Below, piece after piece: positions 1 to 19,123 of a stretch of DNA of 64,000 bases. Location: positions 8,044,844 to 8,108,843 of the forward strand of contig CM082588.2 of the NCBI GenBank assembly GCA_040954595.2, in the 5' to 3' direction. The translations under genes and the position numbers were made by a program. Under the pieces are notes generated by a model that saw only the letters and a program-made list of their open reading frames with translations, did not search any database and had not been told where the DNA came from. This stretch comes from Balanoglossus misakiensis (Eukaryota; Animalia; Hemichordata). Numbering within the stretch: the first letter of the stretch is position 1; each line of letters opens with the position of its first letter.

Positions 1-557
1 ATATCTATACACAAATAAAAACAATTCACATCTCAAATTAAGATTAGTATGTTGCCAATAATTAGCTATCGAAAAATCAGTCATCATTATTTCATTTTTT
101 TTAAAGGTCTGTCTGTCGGGTCTGCCTGCCTGTCCTAACTTTGCAGCCGCGTCATTTCACTTTTCTATGAACTTAACATTTCCAACAAAAGCAAACTATC
201 TGGGATTCGCGTTTTCGTTAGACTGTTTCCGTTTAATTTGATATGCTAAAAGAAAGTTTTTAACCTTTTCTGTCTGAAATGCAACAAAATCAATATGGAT
301 AAAGTGGCTCAGAAAAGCTCTGGAAATTTTCTGAACATAAATTTCCAAAAGGAATGAGGTGCGTACACCTTGTCGGAAAAAAAGATAAGAGTCATTTGGT
401 CATTTGACATAAGATGCATTAGCCAGATGCTTCTATATACTGGTAGAAAGATATGATTACAAGACTGGAAGGATAAAACTTATTAAAGCCAGCAGCCAAA
501 GATGTCCTCTGTGCTTGTAAACTACATGTACAGGTAACATGACAAAGATGTGCTTAC

Positions 558-1251
558 CACTGCAATCTCTGCCATTCGTATCCAGTGTGTAACCAGCGCC
601 GCACGTACAGAAGTAACTTCCAGCTGTGTTTGTGCACGTCTGATCACAATTACCATTGCTACGACTACATTCGTTGTCATCTGGCATAAACAAAATGAAA
701 CGCACTGTCAAAATATGTTCCACACCTGAACACATCCTGTCAACCAAGATTTCGCATTGTCTCGTAACATTATGGTCATTGACGCTTACTAAATTAAACT
801 GATATGCTGAATGTACCTGTAAAGCAGCAAATTCATTTTGAAAGCGTCGGTTACTGACCAAGTGTACGGGACACCAGAACTATCAAGTTTCACCCAAAAC
901 AACGCTACCCTGCTTACCGTACTGACAACAGGTACCCGTCCATCCTGGGTAACAAACGCACGACCGTGACGAAGGGTGGCCGTGGTTATGACAGCCCGGG
1001 TTGTTGCAGGATTGACTCTCAGTCCGAGCGTAGTTGCACGTTTTACCGCAATAGCTTGTTACGGTGCGCGAGCGACTTCGAGTTCCGCTGGTGCCGCACG
1101 GCGCCGAACACGAACCCCAGGAACTCCACCCGCCCACACTGCAATACGGGTTGCATCTGCGTCTACGACGTCGTCGCCAGCCGTCCACTGAACTCAGATC
1201 GAACAGCACGACAACCAGCAATACACACACCAAAAACCACTGTTTCTTCAT
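558..1251 (-). CDS. Secreted TSP1 + EGF/cbEGF repeat protein, paralogue 1 (first two exons; gene probably continues beyond window start)
   Basis: Exon 1251-918: signal peptide, [11 protein letters not shown]1 ([21 protein letters not shown]), EGF ([12 protein letters not shown]), GT donor phase 1. Exon 680-558: cb[38 protein letters not shown] flanked. Confidence 0.9.
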
Positions 1252-3022
1252 CTTGAAAACACGTTGTGTGTTCTAGATGATACAGAGCCGAAAAAATTCC
1301 ACCAGCAAAGCCTGCAATTTACAAGAAGTCGTCAGTGTCTGTAATTATTACAGTACATGACAACAGCATTTCTTTGTCAGAAGTTCGATAATCTGTCAGT
1401 ATACGTACCAGAAATATATGCTCTTTCCCCCTACAAACCAACTTGGGAAGTGTTAAAGCAGTTTGCGTGTTAGCATATATACCTAGATCCACGTTTATTA
1501 TTTTATGATATACAATTAATATTATCCGGTAGACGTTTTGAATCTGATAGCCTAATGCCAGAAATATGTCAACTGTTTGATAAATGGGTACATTACCAAT
1601 GAATGATCAGTTATTGACATTCATTTGTCAAGTTTATATGGTGCTAAATGCCCTGCGTCTGGTAAACATATGCGTGGACATGTACATAATGACGCACTTA
1701 AAGCATATGGCATACACCTGCTTGTTTTATTTTATGGGATTTTATTGCTGCATTCTGAAGTATCTGAAGGTGTTCATGTACACAATGAGGTCAAATGTCA
1801 CGGAACGAAAGAGAAAATGAAAGCAATGTCAATTTCAGCGCCACATTGTTGTCACCTGTTCATATGTTTGAAACGATTCACTGTCCACATTATCCACTGT
1901 CGTCAAATGGCAGTACCACTCAAATCTGCGCTCACTGCGCAAAATAAACGTGACAACACGATTCGTGTTTTGTTTTTGGAGAAGTTTGAATAATGGTGTC
2001 CAACCATAACCGTTTCACCCCCAGTTCCCTCTTGAGATGTCCCACCTTACCATAGAAATCAACAGGTTTGGACTGAACCATGGTGGTGAAAGGGTTAGAA
2101 TTCTCCTTGTGAGGATTGAGCGTTTGGCACTAGTATATATACCGGTAGTAGTACGTCTTTCACAAACAAGCTTAGGCGTACTGAAGTCGACTTTTTGCGC
2201 CCTGAGTGAAACCAATATGTATGGATCTACTTCAAATCTCGCTTGTTAGACTTTTCTGATTTTGCAGTTCGCTTGTAATTTGAAATGAAAGTAGCAATCA
2301 GTTGATCCTGGTAAGTTCAAGAAATGCACTGAAGTCACTTTACAAGGTGCTATATTATGTTTTAGTTCAGTCAAGTGGCCGTCTACCATATGTCAAGTGA
2401 CAGGGTAAAAGATTTATTGACTTAAACAGTACAGTTCTCTGTGGCCAAGGAGACTTACCGCAATTTGTGTTTTCAGTCCCAATAAAAATTCTTCACTAAT
2501 GTAGTAATTCCCCCCGTAAATCATTGTTTTATCCATCCTTCTAATCTGCGTTTCGAATCTCATTGGTCAGATGCGGTCACAGAGCTTTGGCGATCAGACT
2601 CAATCTGAGGCCGCTCACTCCATCCAGACATTCACTCAAGACAATTTTGCTTCGAAATGTATTTATTTAATTATGACATAATTCAAAGACCACAATCAAG
2701 AAGCCAGTGTAACCGATGGTGTCCTTTCAATCAATCAATCGAACAGTCAATGACCGACGGAAGGACGGACGGACTGACCAACCAAACAAATCAATCAATC
2801 AATCAAACGGTGAATGACCGACAGGACGACGGACGGACTAACCACCTTTATAGCCTTGAATGTCCAATGACAAAAAGTTAGTTTTGATGCAGCATAAAAC
2901 AAAAGCAGACTTTGAGAAACAAACAGGGGTTGAGGGATAACAGAGGGCAGAGAAGATCGACAGAGTTTGTATGACCAAACAGATTTACTGCATGTGGGTG
3001 CCAGTCATGTTAAAATACTTAA

Positions 3023-3229
3023 AGGGAAGCGGTCGTCGCGCTGCGTTTGTTTGTTGAATATTACAATTCATCCACAAATCCCTGAAGCGGCCAACCGTAG
3101 CATTAGTCTGGGCATGACAGCAACTGAAGATCCTAGTAGGTCGTGGCGACTGCAGTGAGGTTTGTGCTGGTATGGGAGGACATATTCTCATCAAGGGGGA
3201 CACCCACGCGCCGCAACGACCCCTTCCCT
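3023..3229. mobile_element. Non-autonomous TIR element with TTAA target duplication (Kolobok-like MITE); second copy ~42458-42694
   Basis: TTAA-AGGGAAGCGGTCGTCGCG...CGCAACGACCCCTTCCCT-TTAA; internal sequence recurs at 42.46-42.69 kb. Confidence 0.75.
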
Positions 3230-5354
3230 TTAATAAGTTTGGGCTGTGGTGCCAGTATGGAGAAATCTTTACGGAATGTGATTGGTGATTTTGGGTGGAA
3301 TTTCTGGCGTGTCCACAGCCCCTATCCAATGTCAGATTGGGGTCATGACAATAAGATATAACAATTTGAGAGAATCAAGAAAGCCACCGTGAATGTTATC
3401 AAACAAAAATCGTTTCATGTACACGTCATATTCACCGATCGATTTATTTTGTCTGCTCGACGTACCAAAAGAATGTCTGCACATTTCAAATAAACAAACT
3501 GACCAATATGATAAATTACCATTGATCCGACCGGCTAGCTGTCATGATAACAGTGATAAATGTGTTAACACTATAAAGCTTCAATCAGCTTCTCTGACAT
3601 AATCTTCAAAGTGAACTTTGTCCGACATTAAATAAGTCTTGTTTTTCTCCTTCTATTCACCATATCTGACGATACATCATAGTCCAGTGCAGTCCATACG
3701 GCTTGGCTGGTTCATTCTGGGTACAGTCGATCTCCCTATGTTTTCATGGAGGTCCCCCATAAAATAAAATCTTGAAGAGTTTACTTGGCACTTACTACGG
3801 TACATGCCAAAAACAGTTCGCAAATACTCATTCATTCACTATAGTCATCGGTACATGACTGAATAGCCATGAGAATTACTGCTTGCCTTGCATGCCTGGG
3901 GCTGGGGACAGCAACACACGTTATGCTGTTATTTTTGTTTTAGAACCTATCTTGAGGAAATTTATCTAAAAAAAAACGCACTGGTTGTTAATGTATGTTT
4001 AAGTTTTCTTCACCATGACAAATTCCCAAAAGTATCAGTGACTTCAAAAAAGTCAATTTGGATCGCACTGTACGTGAAAAGAGTACATTTATATTGAGCT
4101 GTGTGATTATAGGGTAGAATGTCCCCAGATAATAAATAAATATGATGACAGCGGATGATAAAACTTACACATTAAAACAAGCGCTGTCCATTGTCCATGT
4201 TGTCACGCACTTCTAAACTGTTTATTACTCATTCTTCAATCAATTTATGGTCTGTTTATTTGGGATCAAATGCAATCTATCATTTGTGATAGCGCAATAC
4301 TCTGTTTACTCATGATTACAGAGAGGTGACATTCAAGCACTAGAATTATTTTATGACTATAGAAAGGTATTAATGGTATACCAACTATTTTACACCCTCA
4401 TTTCACCAGTTCTTCGCCATGTGATGGCACACTGGTGAATTACTACACAGATTACGGATAAGGGATGTTGTAAAGCACTATTTGACGCCTGCACAAAGGA
4501 ATGGTGATGAATTCTGATAATAATATTGATGATGCCTGAATGATAGAACATATTTGTGTTGCGTCCAGGTTGTTGCAGTGAACGTCTTGATCTCCAGAGT
4601 ACATGTATTATAGCTGTAGGCCTACTTCGAAGTCAGATAATTTTGTACAACTGACACTGCACCGTTGATTGTAACTCCAGAGTGTTTACTGTCCATTTGT
4701 AGTAAAACATCGCCCAACTGAACATATGTGAAGTTTGCGTTTCGCTTCGAAGCCATTGGTGCAGGAGCTGATTGATGTGAATGCAGACAGAACTACAATT
4801 TGCAGAACCAAAAACAGTCCCATCATGCAATATACCCTCACAACGGACAATAGACTTAGTCAAGTACTTTGTCATATATCGTGTGATTCGGTCTTAGCCA
4901 GTCAGGAGTATGGAAAACTGTGTGCCAAGGTGTAATAGCACGATTTAAAATAATCAATGTATTTATTTGCACGAACCGATTTGCGGTTGCGGTTACTGCG
5001 TGGGTTGTCATATTGGGAGCCTAGGATCCCTTAAAAATATAAAAAGGAAAAAAATGACGTTATCATTCCAAAGAATTTAATCTTAATCTCGGTAGTATAA
5101 TGCAAGCCACTAGTAGTATGCTATGAAGGTATTTTATTTCAGCATTGTGAAAGCTCACAAATCTTGTGGTGACGTACTAGTATATACGTCTGCGACAAAT
5201 GATTGAAATTTAACCCCAAACCACAACTCCGAGATCGCTAATCGGAATATGTAATAACATACTGCATGGCGTGTAACAAATTGTCAGAAACTTGAATAAA
5301 GTTGTTAAGGACTACTTGGATATATGTTAATGGTCTCGTTTGATTGCGTGCTAA

Positions 5355-11113
<5,759 letters not shown>

Positions 11114-11567
11114 CGCTATTTATTACGAACTGCCCTGCGAAGTAAACACTTTTTACATTAAAGGGGCCCAAGCATAGAGTTAATAACGATTAGACTCCAT
11201 TCAGGGTTGTACCATTCAAATGCGTAGGCTGTATTTGCCCTGGATGTGGAGATATGGGGAAGTAGGCAACCACCCGAAATGGATGTCCTACAAGTACAAA
11301 CACAACAACCAAAAGTGAACTTCTACGTTGTATCCCCCTGTATTTGGCATTTCATGATAGTTTCATCCCTCCAAATACCAAAGCTGCACCTGTACAACGT
11401 GCTGAGATATGGCACTGTACGACAGAGGTCATCCAAATCACCTTATACATTTGGGCAAGAATCAACTGACACCTACATTCGTCCCTGTGGAACAAAAACC
11501 GCACCTATCGCCCTGTTGGTTAGTGTCCAATTAAATGTACAAAATAAATGACTTAGGCAAGGTGACC

Positions 11568-12788
11568 CAATCTGATTAAAATCAGATGTAGGGAACGGCG
11601 ACTTGGTTTTTTTATGCTGTCGCCTCACACTACATCTGACCAACTCTCAATGGAGATCCCGCTGAACTCTACGAGATTTACTGGGAATATAAACCAATCA
11701 GAAGGCGCCTTATAGCAAATGATAGGCAACCCACAATCACATGACCTGGCCCCTTGCGGTTGTTACCATGGAGCTACCACAGACATATATCCCCGGGCGC
11801 GAGAGTCGAATCAGCGTGGGGAATGGTTTCGAGCCAGTTCAGCGTGACGACTGAACCTCTATATTCCACCGATGAACGAAATGTAAAAGACGTGGCAACA
11901 AGTCGCAGTAAAATTGTTAGAGAATCGATTACATTTGTGTAAGGCCGTCCCAGGGAGAGATTCTGTCGACACGATCGTTTGTAATACATACACCAGAGTG
12001 TACCGACTGACTGCACAGTGCACTGACTTGACTAGCTCTGCGTGCAGGTCTGTGTGTTCCCGGCGTTACATGGACGTTAGAAGAAGTTAATCGCATCATA
12101 TTTGGGGTCGGTTGAAGTAGACAGGGAAAGGATTTTGCTTCGATAAAATCGAATTTCGACAGAAAAAGCTGCGGTCGGGCGTCCGGGTCCGGACCGCAGA
12201 TGCACCAGTTTTGTCTATGGGGCCTTATGCAGGGCTGTGGTGCGTCGGGGACACACAGACCTGAACGCGGAGCTATGACTTGACATTCCTTAGCCGAAGT
12301 GAGCGTTCTTTTTAAAAATCTGTCACATAAATTGTTTTGGGATACATGGCAGTGAAATTTGGTTTATTTTTTATAAACTTTTACATGAAGTACGCCATTT
12401 TCCCGACTGGCAGCATGACTACGAGGGTGAACATGACGACTTGTTAGGAGAGTTTATAAATGATCAACGACAGTTCATCATTTGTATATGGCTACAGCTC
12501 GACGTTGCACTGCTCTGCAAAAACAAAGAAAGATATCATGGGATTACATGTAATTGTTCACAAGAGAAAGCCAATCTGTCGTATTCTGTGCGATACTCGA
12601 AGTCAACAACAAAATTTCTCCCATCTCCCAGTGCAATTCTTTAGTCAGCATAACATGCAATCTGATTGGCCGGGTCGGAATGCGCGATTTCAGCGGGATC
12701 TCCATTGAGAGTTGGTCAGATGTAGTGTGAGGTGACAGCATAAAAAAAACCAAGTCGCCGTTCCCTACATCTGATTTTAATCAGATTG
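11568..12788. mobile_element. Non-autonomous DNA transposon, ~98-bp TIRs, 9-bp TSD with one mismatch (AcademH- or MULE-like)
   Basis: CAATCTGATTAAAATCAGATGTAGGGAACGGCG... mirrored at 12691-12788; flanks aaggtgacc / caggtgacc; related truncated copy ~40688-40950. Confidence 0.85.
12033..12275. mobile_element. Nested MITE, TAG...CTA termini, perfect 9-bp TSD TGACTTGAC
   Basis: TAGCTCTGCGTGCAGGTCTGTGTGT ... ACACACAGACCTGAACGCGGAGCTA; TGACTTGAC at 12024-12032 and 12276-12284. Confidence 0.85.
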
Positions 12789-13536
12789 CAGGTGACCCCG
12801 CCTTTGGTATATCATTATGGTCCCATCCGTATATCCCCCCCCCCCCCCCCACGCCAAAGCTGCATGCATCTGCTGTTATTCACTAAGCAAAAGTAGGTGA
12901 AATGTCACATAAGGACGCCCACAACTTGACAGGAAAATAAGACTTCATATTGATCCATGTCCAACAAATACCACGCTAGCATCCCTGTCATTGACCCCAC
13001 AATTACGCATGCATATAATTGAGTTACACAGGAGTCACAGGTGACCCCCGAATCGGGCGTATTATTTTGGTCCCATACAGCTGCATGAAGCTGCGTGCCA
13101 TTACGGGCGACCTGATAACCCCCACGGCCACCTGCGGGCTGAACCCCATACTGAACGTCCAGTTGCAACGTCACGACTGAAGTAGGAACTTTAGAACAGC
13201 AACGAAGCCTAATCTCTGATTATTGCTGGTACCATACTCCCTTCGTGCAAGAAAATCACTGGTCTGCTGACGTATTTCGGCCAATTTCCCGAAATACTAC
13301 CCACTACATGTGACTACCATGCTAATGAAACCTCCCACAACATTAGCGACTGAGGGTCAAAGTCCGCTGCCGTATTACATTGAATGTTAATCAGTGTAGC
13401 CGGGTCTGGATAGAAACATTTGAACGGCAACAGCGTAATTCTGTGTACAGACTAATTGTTGAATACTACCGTTTTTACCATTCTAGATTTCTGAAAAAAG
13501 TGGCGTTTTTCCGAGTTCCGAGTTGAGAGTATTACA

Positions 13537-14722
13537 ATGGTGAGTAAACTTTGTTTTATCTTGCAAATTAATAATGTCTGACGAGGTGAAAGGGGTAAAG
13601 TCCGAGATGGAATCCGACGTGACGGCCAAACGCGTGACTACCGTGGAGCCTGACATTGATGATGAACCCGCCGAACGACCCGTGGCTCCTAAGAAAAAAA
13701 AATACTATTTAGGATTCAAGGCATTAACGGCGTCAGGACCACCGAAAATGTCCCCAGACTCTTGATGACCTCGAAGACGAGGAACTCAAAACCAAACTTG
13801 AAAAACATAACGTGTCAAATCCTAGTGGAAAGCTGACTGCAGCGCAGAACGCTTATTTCCATTTCTAATCCAAATGAAGAACTGCAGGAGGAGTTTGAAG
13901 ATTTTGCTGTCGCAATGACGGCGAAATTTGACGCCTTAAAGCAGTTCACTTTCGAACAGTTACGATCGATCACGGACAAGATGGACCATTTCGGCAAAAA
14001 ACTTGATCAAAGGGACATTAGTCTACAAGAACAGTTCCGTTCATTGTCGGACAAGGTAAAAGGCGTCAAGTCGGAGATCGAATCCGCGCCCTTACATCAT
14101 CCAAACGCACAGCTGCAGCGGACATGGACGTGGACGACGAACCCGCCGAACCCGTGGCTCCGAAGAAGAAAAAGTACCTGTTGGGATTTAAGTCTCTGTT
14201 GGCGTCAGGACCACCGGCAAAAATTCCCAAGACCCTGGATGACATCGATTACGATGATCTGAAGAGCAAACTTGAAAAGCACTACGTATCCACCCGAACC
14301 GGAAAGCTCACGGCAGCTCAAAACGCCTATTTCCACCACTTCATGGTCGACAAGAAAGACAGGTTAGGGTAGGGCTATTTTGACTATAAACATGAATTAT
14401 GGTTGACCAATCATTTGGACGTTATTTTAAATTTTCTGGACTGGGACCAGAATATTTACTGTATTCACAGATCGCGGCAAAAGATTACATTATATATACA
14501 CTGACTCTCAGTTTATGATTTGTTGTTTCAGCCAAACGTGCCGCCATCGAAGAATTAGTAAGAAGTGGGAAGAGGGACGGGCTTTGGCCGAAGTACTTTG
14601 AGCCTGCGGGCATAAAGAACCCTTTCCCAGAATACCTCCAGGAAAAGGCAAAAAACGCCACGAAAAAGAAGTTGACCGATAAAGCCCTGGCAGAATTTGC
14701 CAAGGAATTCAGAAGGTTATAA
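13537..14722 (+). pseudogene. Orphan coiled-coil + basic NLS gene remnant with internal duplication
   Basis: Two frameshifted copies (13574-13868; ~14045-14345) of VKGVKSE..DDEPAE.PVAPKKKKY.LGFK.L.ASGPP..LDD..LK.KLEKH.VS..GKLTAAQNAYFH. ATG|GTGAGT at 13537 joins AG|GAGGAG at 13888 in frame; possible last exon 14531-14722. Confidence 0.55.
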
Positions 14723-16316
14723 GCTAATAAGCGTCGACTGTCGCTAGAAATGTTCAAAAAGTTATAGACGTCATATCAAACGACACTCTTCTCAAACCAT
14801 CAGATATTGATTTACAAGTTTTCCTTTGGTGTGGTACCAGCGTTTTGGTATTAGTATGGCTATGCAGAAATACATCAACTATACCGGTATATATTAGTAT
14901 TTCTTGTTAACTTACCTATCACAACTGTTGTCGACTCAGTGCTGGGCGAAATCATAGAACTGGCGGGTTAGAAGCAACTAGGTGTGCTCAGTGGCGGTCA
15001 AGCAAACAGATGAATGTGCCTATGCTTACCGATATTTAATTTTCATAAAGCAGATAATAATCTGGCATCCACAGGCCCATTGATCATCTTGATGTATTGC
15101 AATTATTGTTTGGTGTTTGTATTTCTACAATTGTATTTTTTATAATGTACACATCACAATCTTTCAAACCCGGATCTTTGATAATTTGTGGGCGGATGTC
15201 AATAGGGTCAGGTAATGATTCATTTTTGATATTTCAATAGAGATTTAGGACAATATCTCCAGTACTTTAAGTGTTGACGTTGTGTAGAAGTGTTTACTGT
15301 CAAGACAGGCAAAATGATTAAAACATGTTAAAGAATTATAATACTTTAGGCTTGATATATCTGTTTGTCCGCCTGTGTGTGTGTGTGTTTTGTATAACTG
15401 CTTAGCTCAGTCATGTAAATAAACTTGCTTAAACAATTTGTTAAAAGTGTGGCTTTTTGAGTATTTTTATACAGTATTCTTGGAATTTGCTATTTTACTT
15501 CAGGTGTCACCATCTTCCATGAGTAGCCAAGGGAGTGAAGAAGTGTGACAAGAGCTCATTGAAAGCCCCTTTCCATCAACGTGCACGGCGTTCCAAATGC
15601 CACATAATCTTTAATATTATTATTATTATTATTAACTTATTTGTTCCAAATGCCACAAGCATTGCAACATTTAGAAAGCTGAAGACACTTCTGAAGCCAA
15701 AGTTAAGTCCTGAAAAATCCAATAATCACAGACATGAAATGCCAGCTTTATTTCATATATGAGAGAAGCTGCAGGCAAGTATTTTTGCAGGCATAAAACA
15801 CAAAAGGTAGATTCTATATGTACGTAAGTAAGTTTGCATGTATCTATAAATGTTTGTTTGTTTGTCTGTTTGTTTACCATTTCTATTACAAACCCTTTCC
15901 TCTATTACTTGTCACATTGCTTTCAAATTTAAATGGCATGTTCCAAGGCCTGGTTAAATGAAGGTCCTTCTTGTTTGTGTTTGTATGAACAATTCCCTGT
16001 CATTTTTGGTCAAAAAACAATTTCTCTAGAACCACTTGTCAGATTGCCACGACACTCGATAGGCAAGTTAATTTTCTCTTCATTTCTGTATTTATAATAT
16101 CGGGAATTTTGTTTTCAGACAGCCCACAATCACAATACAAGTGCCCTCACTCAAAACCTTTAAATGGCCAGTTTCACTACCATCTGCGTGTCATATAAAT
16201 TACCACCCAACATCGATTCATAAACACTCCATTTCTTTCAACACAATTCTCTGTATTCTTCACTTTCCAATGAGACATGTATTTATTTCACAAGACCCTG
16301 TACCATTCTGTCCGCA

Positions 16317-16360
16317 GACCACCTGAAGAAGTCTGAGCTTTCAGACGAAACGTTGTGCTC
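16317..16360 (+). ncRNA. Minimal type I hammerhead ribozyme (Penelope-like-element type)
   Basis: gaccac-CTGAAGA-a-GTCTGA gctt TCAGAC-GAAAC-GTT-gtgctc: CUGANGA core, perfect 6-bp stem II, GAAA, palindromic ACGT in place of stem III, GUU triplet, stem I 5/6 paired. Confidence 0.75.
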
Positions 16361-16684
16361 CGATAAAGTTGAACAGTGACAACCAGAACACAGTGCAGTG
16401 TGAAAATTATTCCGCTCTGTATTTATAATATATGGTTGGGTCATGTCTGCTAATAACTATAACCAATTTCATCCGCATGTGATTTTTTTTCTGATTTTTT
16501 GTTTCAGTTTCAGATTTTTTTGAGTATTTCCATTAGTGTTTTTTTTTCTTGAATACATGTATATGGACTTTTATTTTAAAAAGTCTAAAATAAAATATTA
16601 TTATTATGTCATATTTCTGTACAATCCCTGAATGGGACCAAAGTGTCCTTGACGCTGTTTTTATATTTTCTCTCTTCAATTTAG

Positions 16685-16839
16685 GTGGTAGAAGATGTGA
16701 CGGTGACATTACACTAAATCACATTCTCAAGTTTGTTACTTGTGACTATGATGAGCCTATTTTGGGATACGCAGAAGGTCCGGCAATCAAATTTTATGAA
16801 GCAAACAGTTCATCATTTTTGCCAACAGCGAATACATGC
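16685..16839 (+). pseudogene. HECT E3 ligase C-lobe fragment (G2E3-like), truncated after the catalytic Cys
   Basis: ITLNHILKFVTCDYDEPILGY..GPAIKF...SSFLPTANTC after an AG acceptor. Confidence 0.65.
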
Positions 16840-18348
16840 GAATACAGCGAACGGTGCCGCACCGTTTTAATCGAGGTCCAGTTGACCTCTATGGCGAGTA
16901 CACAACGGGTTGTTTACACTACAAGATAATCTGTTGCTGGGTTGACCTTTTCAACACCCGTGCAACCATTTGATTTCCAGATGCTGTGTGCATAAGCAAT
17001 GACGTCAGTGAGGGAGCAGTAGGTCAAAACAAGCGCCAACATAAATGCAATGCGCAGGCATTTTATCTTATGATATATCACAGCCCTTTGGATGCTCACA
17101 ATAGAAGCAGAACATTCCTTGACTACAGCCACAAATGCTAATGCAGGTAAGCAGTGTTCGTCTGTTTTGGCTAAAGTGGCTTTTAAAAGATCTACCAGGA
17201 GTTTAATGTTATATTCTGCCAAACAAGAATTCTGCTGCTCTAACACAAGACAGCGAAGAATATGAGAGAAAACTTGATGTTTGATGAACGCATAACTATT
17301 TTTAGAACACTGATGGCATTTGTTGTATTCTGGTTTTGGTGTTTATTGTAATTCAGAAAACCTAGGTTTTTATATAACATATATAAATATAAGTATGTAG
17401 ACACACTGTCGAAAACACGGTCGCGCGCGTTCGACTGACCGCGACCGTGCGCGTACATCGCGTCCACAACTCAATGCAGTTGGCTGGGTCCCGCGATCGC
17501 GCGCGCGACCACCCGCTCTCGACATCGGCTCCAAAGTCGTTGTCACGGTCGGGATTACTAATGGTCTTGATCGGTATAAAATTGTAGTCAATGACACCCC
17601 AAAAAATCGTAATCATTGTTGAAGTCGCTGTCATAAAAATGTCCAGTGAACAATTTGCTGTCTTACGGGTTTACAAAGTGAAGGAAGGACGCATACTGTC
17701 AAAGGTCACGTAATTAGGTCATGTCGATAACACGATCGTTTTTCTCTGGAACGTTCGACTGACATCATTTCCCGCCCAGAATAAATTAATTTATAATGAG
17801 TTTCATTCATCTACGACCCGAGTACGTCATTATTTTTACCATATATGGCACGAACTACAGATAAGCCTCGCCTATTTTCATGTGATTGACAACTGTACGT
17901 TGTCGTTGTATACACCGACATGGCCAGACAATGCGGACGTACCTGTCGGTCTATACACCGACGCGGCGTTTTGAGGGTTAAGATTGGCTGCACAGATTCA
18001 AGTCAAATTTAGTATTATACAGGTACAGTTTTCAATTGGCACTTAGGATTGGTCATTTAAGTTTAGTATTCTGTTTACCTGTGCGATATCTTGACACTTT
18101 TAATAGACAAAATCAACTTGCTGTTTATAAACCTGAAATACTAGTTGCATTGTTTATCTCTGAAAAAAACATGGCAGTTATAAGCAACTCTGCTGTAAGC
18201 TATATTAGCATTAGCAAATATGAGAACACGAATCAAATAAGGACATTTGAACTGTACAATGAGAGTCACTGCATGTGAAATTTGCTAGTCTGCGAAACAC
18301 CACATTACTTTATGAGTATTTGGGTATTCTATACTTGTGATATATTTA

Positions 18349-18491
18349 AGCAATAAAACACCCCCAGCCATGGTATATCACGAGATTTTGACCAGTTCAC
18401 GACATATACGCACGAGCGATAGCGAGTGCGTATATGGAGTTGAACTGGTCAAAATCGAGTGGTATACCATGGCTGGGGGTGTTTTATTGCT
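18349..18491. repeat. Long near-perfect palindrome (fold-back element core)
   Basis: AGCAATAAAACACCCCCAGCCATGGTATA...TATACGCAC gagcgatagcga GTGCGTATA...TATACCATGGCTGGGGGTGTTTTATTGCT. Confidence 0.8.
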
Positions 18492-19123
18492 ATTATATTA
18501 TGCCAGTATATTGAAACTTTGCATAAAACATTTTAAAAAGGCATTTTCTTAAACTATGATATATGACTGTGGTATATGGCTAATATATCACGGTCACGTG
18601 TCGTGTCTCGACCAATCAAATAGCGTGATTTACACCATCAATATACTGGTATAATATAATACATGGTTGACAGACAGTCTGGTAGGGGATATGGTCCTTT
18701 TCTGCACATAAAAAAAGTGTTGTTTGAACGCATGCATTCACCATCTCCATTCACTCAGATGGACAATTTTACTGCCAATTGATAGTAAACACACCAGCAT
18801 TGCAGCAAATAGTTGCCCAAAGTTTGAAAGTAGGCCTAACAGCTACAGTTCTTGGGAGATAATGGGCTTGACTGCATGCAATGACCCTTAGGACACAACC
18901 CTGAATATGTTCTTTGCCTCGCTGTATGTATCAAATGTTTGGTGTTCTGTTGAACTTCATTGTTTGCGGCTCGGGCATCATCAATATTTTGGTCAGAGAT
19001 CACCATTCCTCGTGCAGGCTATAAGATCATGACATGTGCTATTATTTAAATACTATACTTTTCCGAATGCCAACTTGTGTATAATTTTGCTGGGGCTTGC
19101 ATATTTCTATTCTTCAGGTCGAG

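Larger units (their letters stand above)
15488..16839 (+). repeat. ~1.4-kb direct repeat, copy 1 (mosaic of TE remnants, hammerhead and HECT exon)
   Basis: Collinear, highly similar to 21671-23089, from TTGCT.TTTTACTTCAG.TGTCACCATCTTCC through GCCAACAGC.AA.ACATG. Confidence 0.9.

Noticed and set aside
3124-3160. CTGAAGA followed by a small hairpin (also ~42588) as a hammerhead
   Set aside because: No GAAA core after the stem; it lies inside a TIR element.
15940-16215. Minus-strand transposase-like remnant inside the direct repeat
   Set aside because: Several stops and no catalytic motif I can name; too weak to call.
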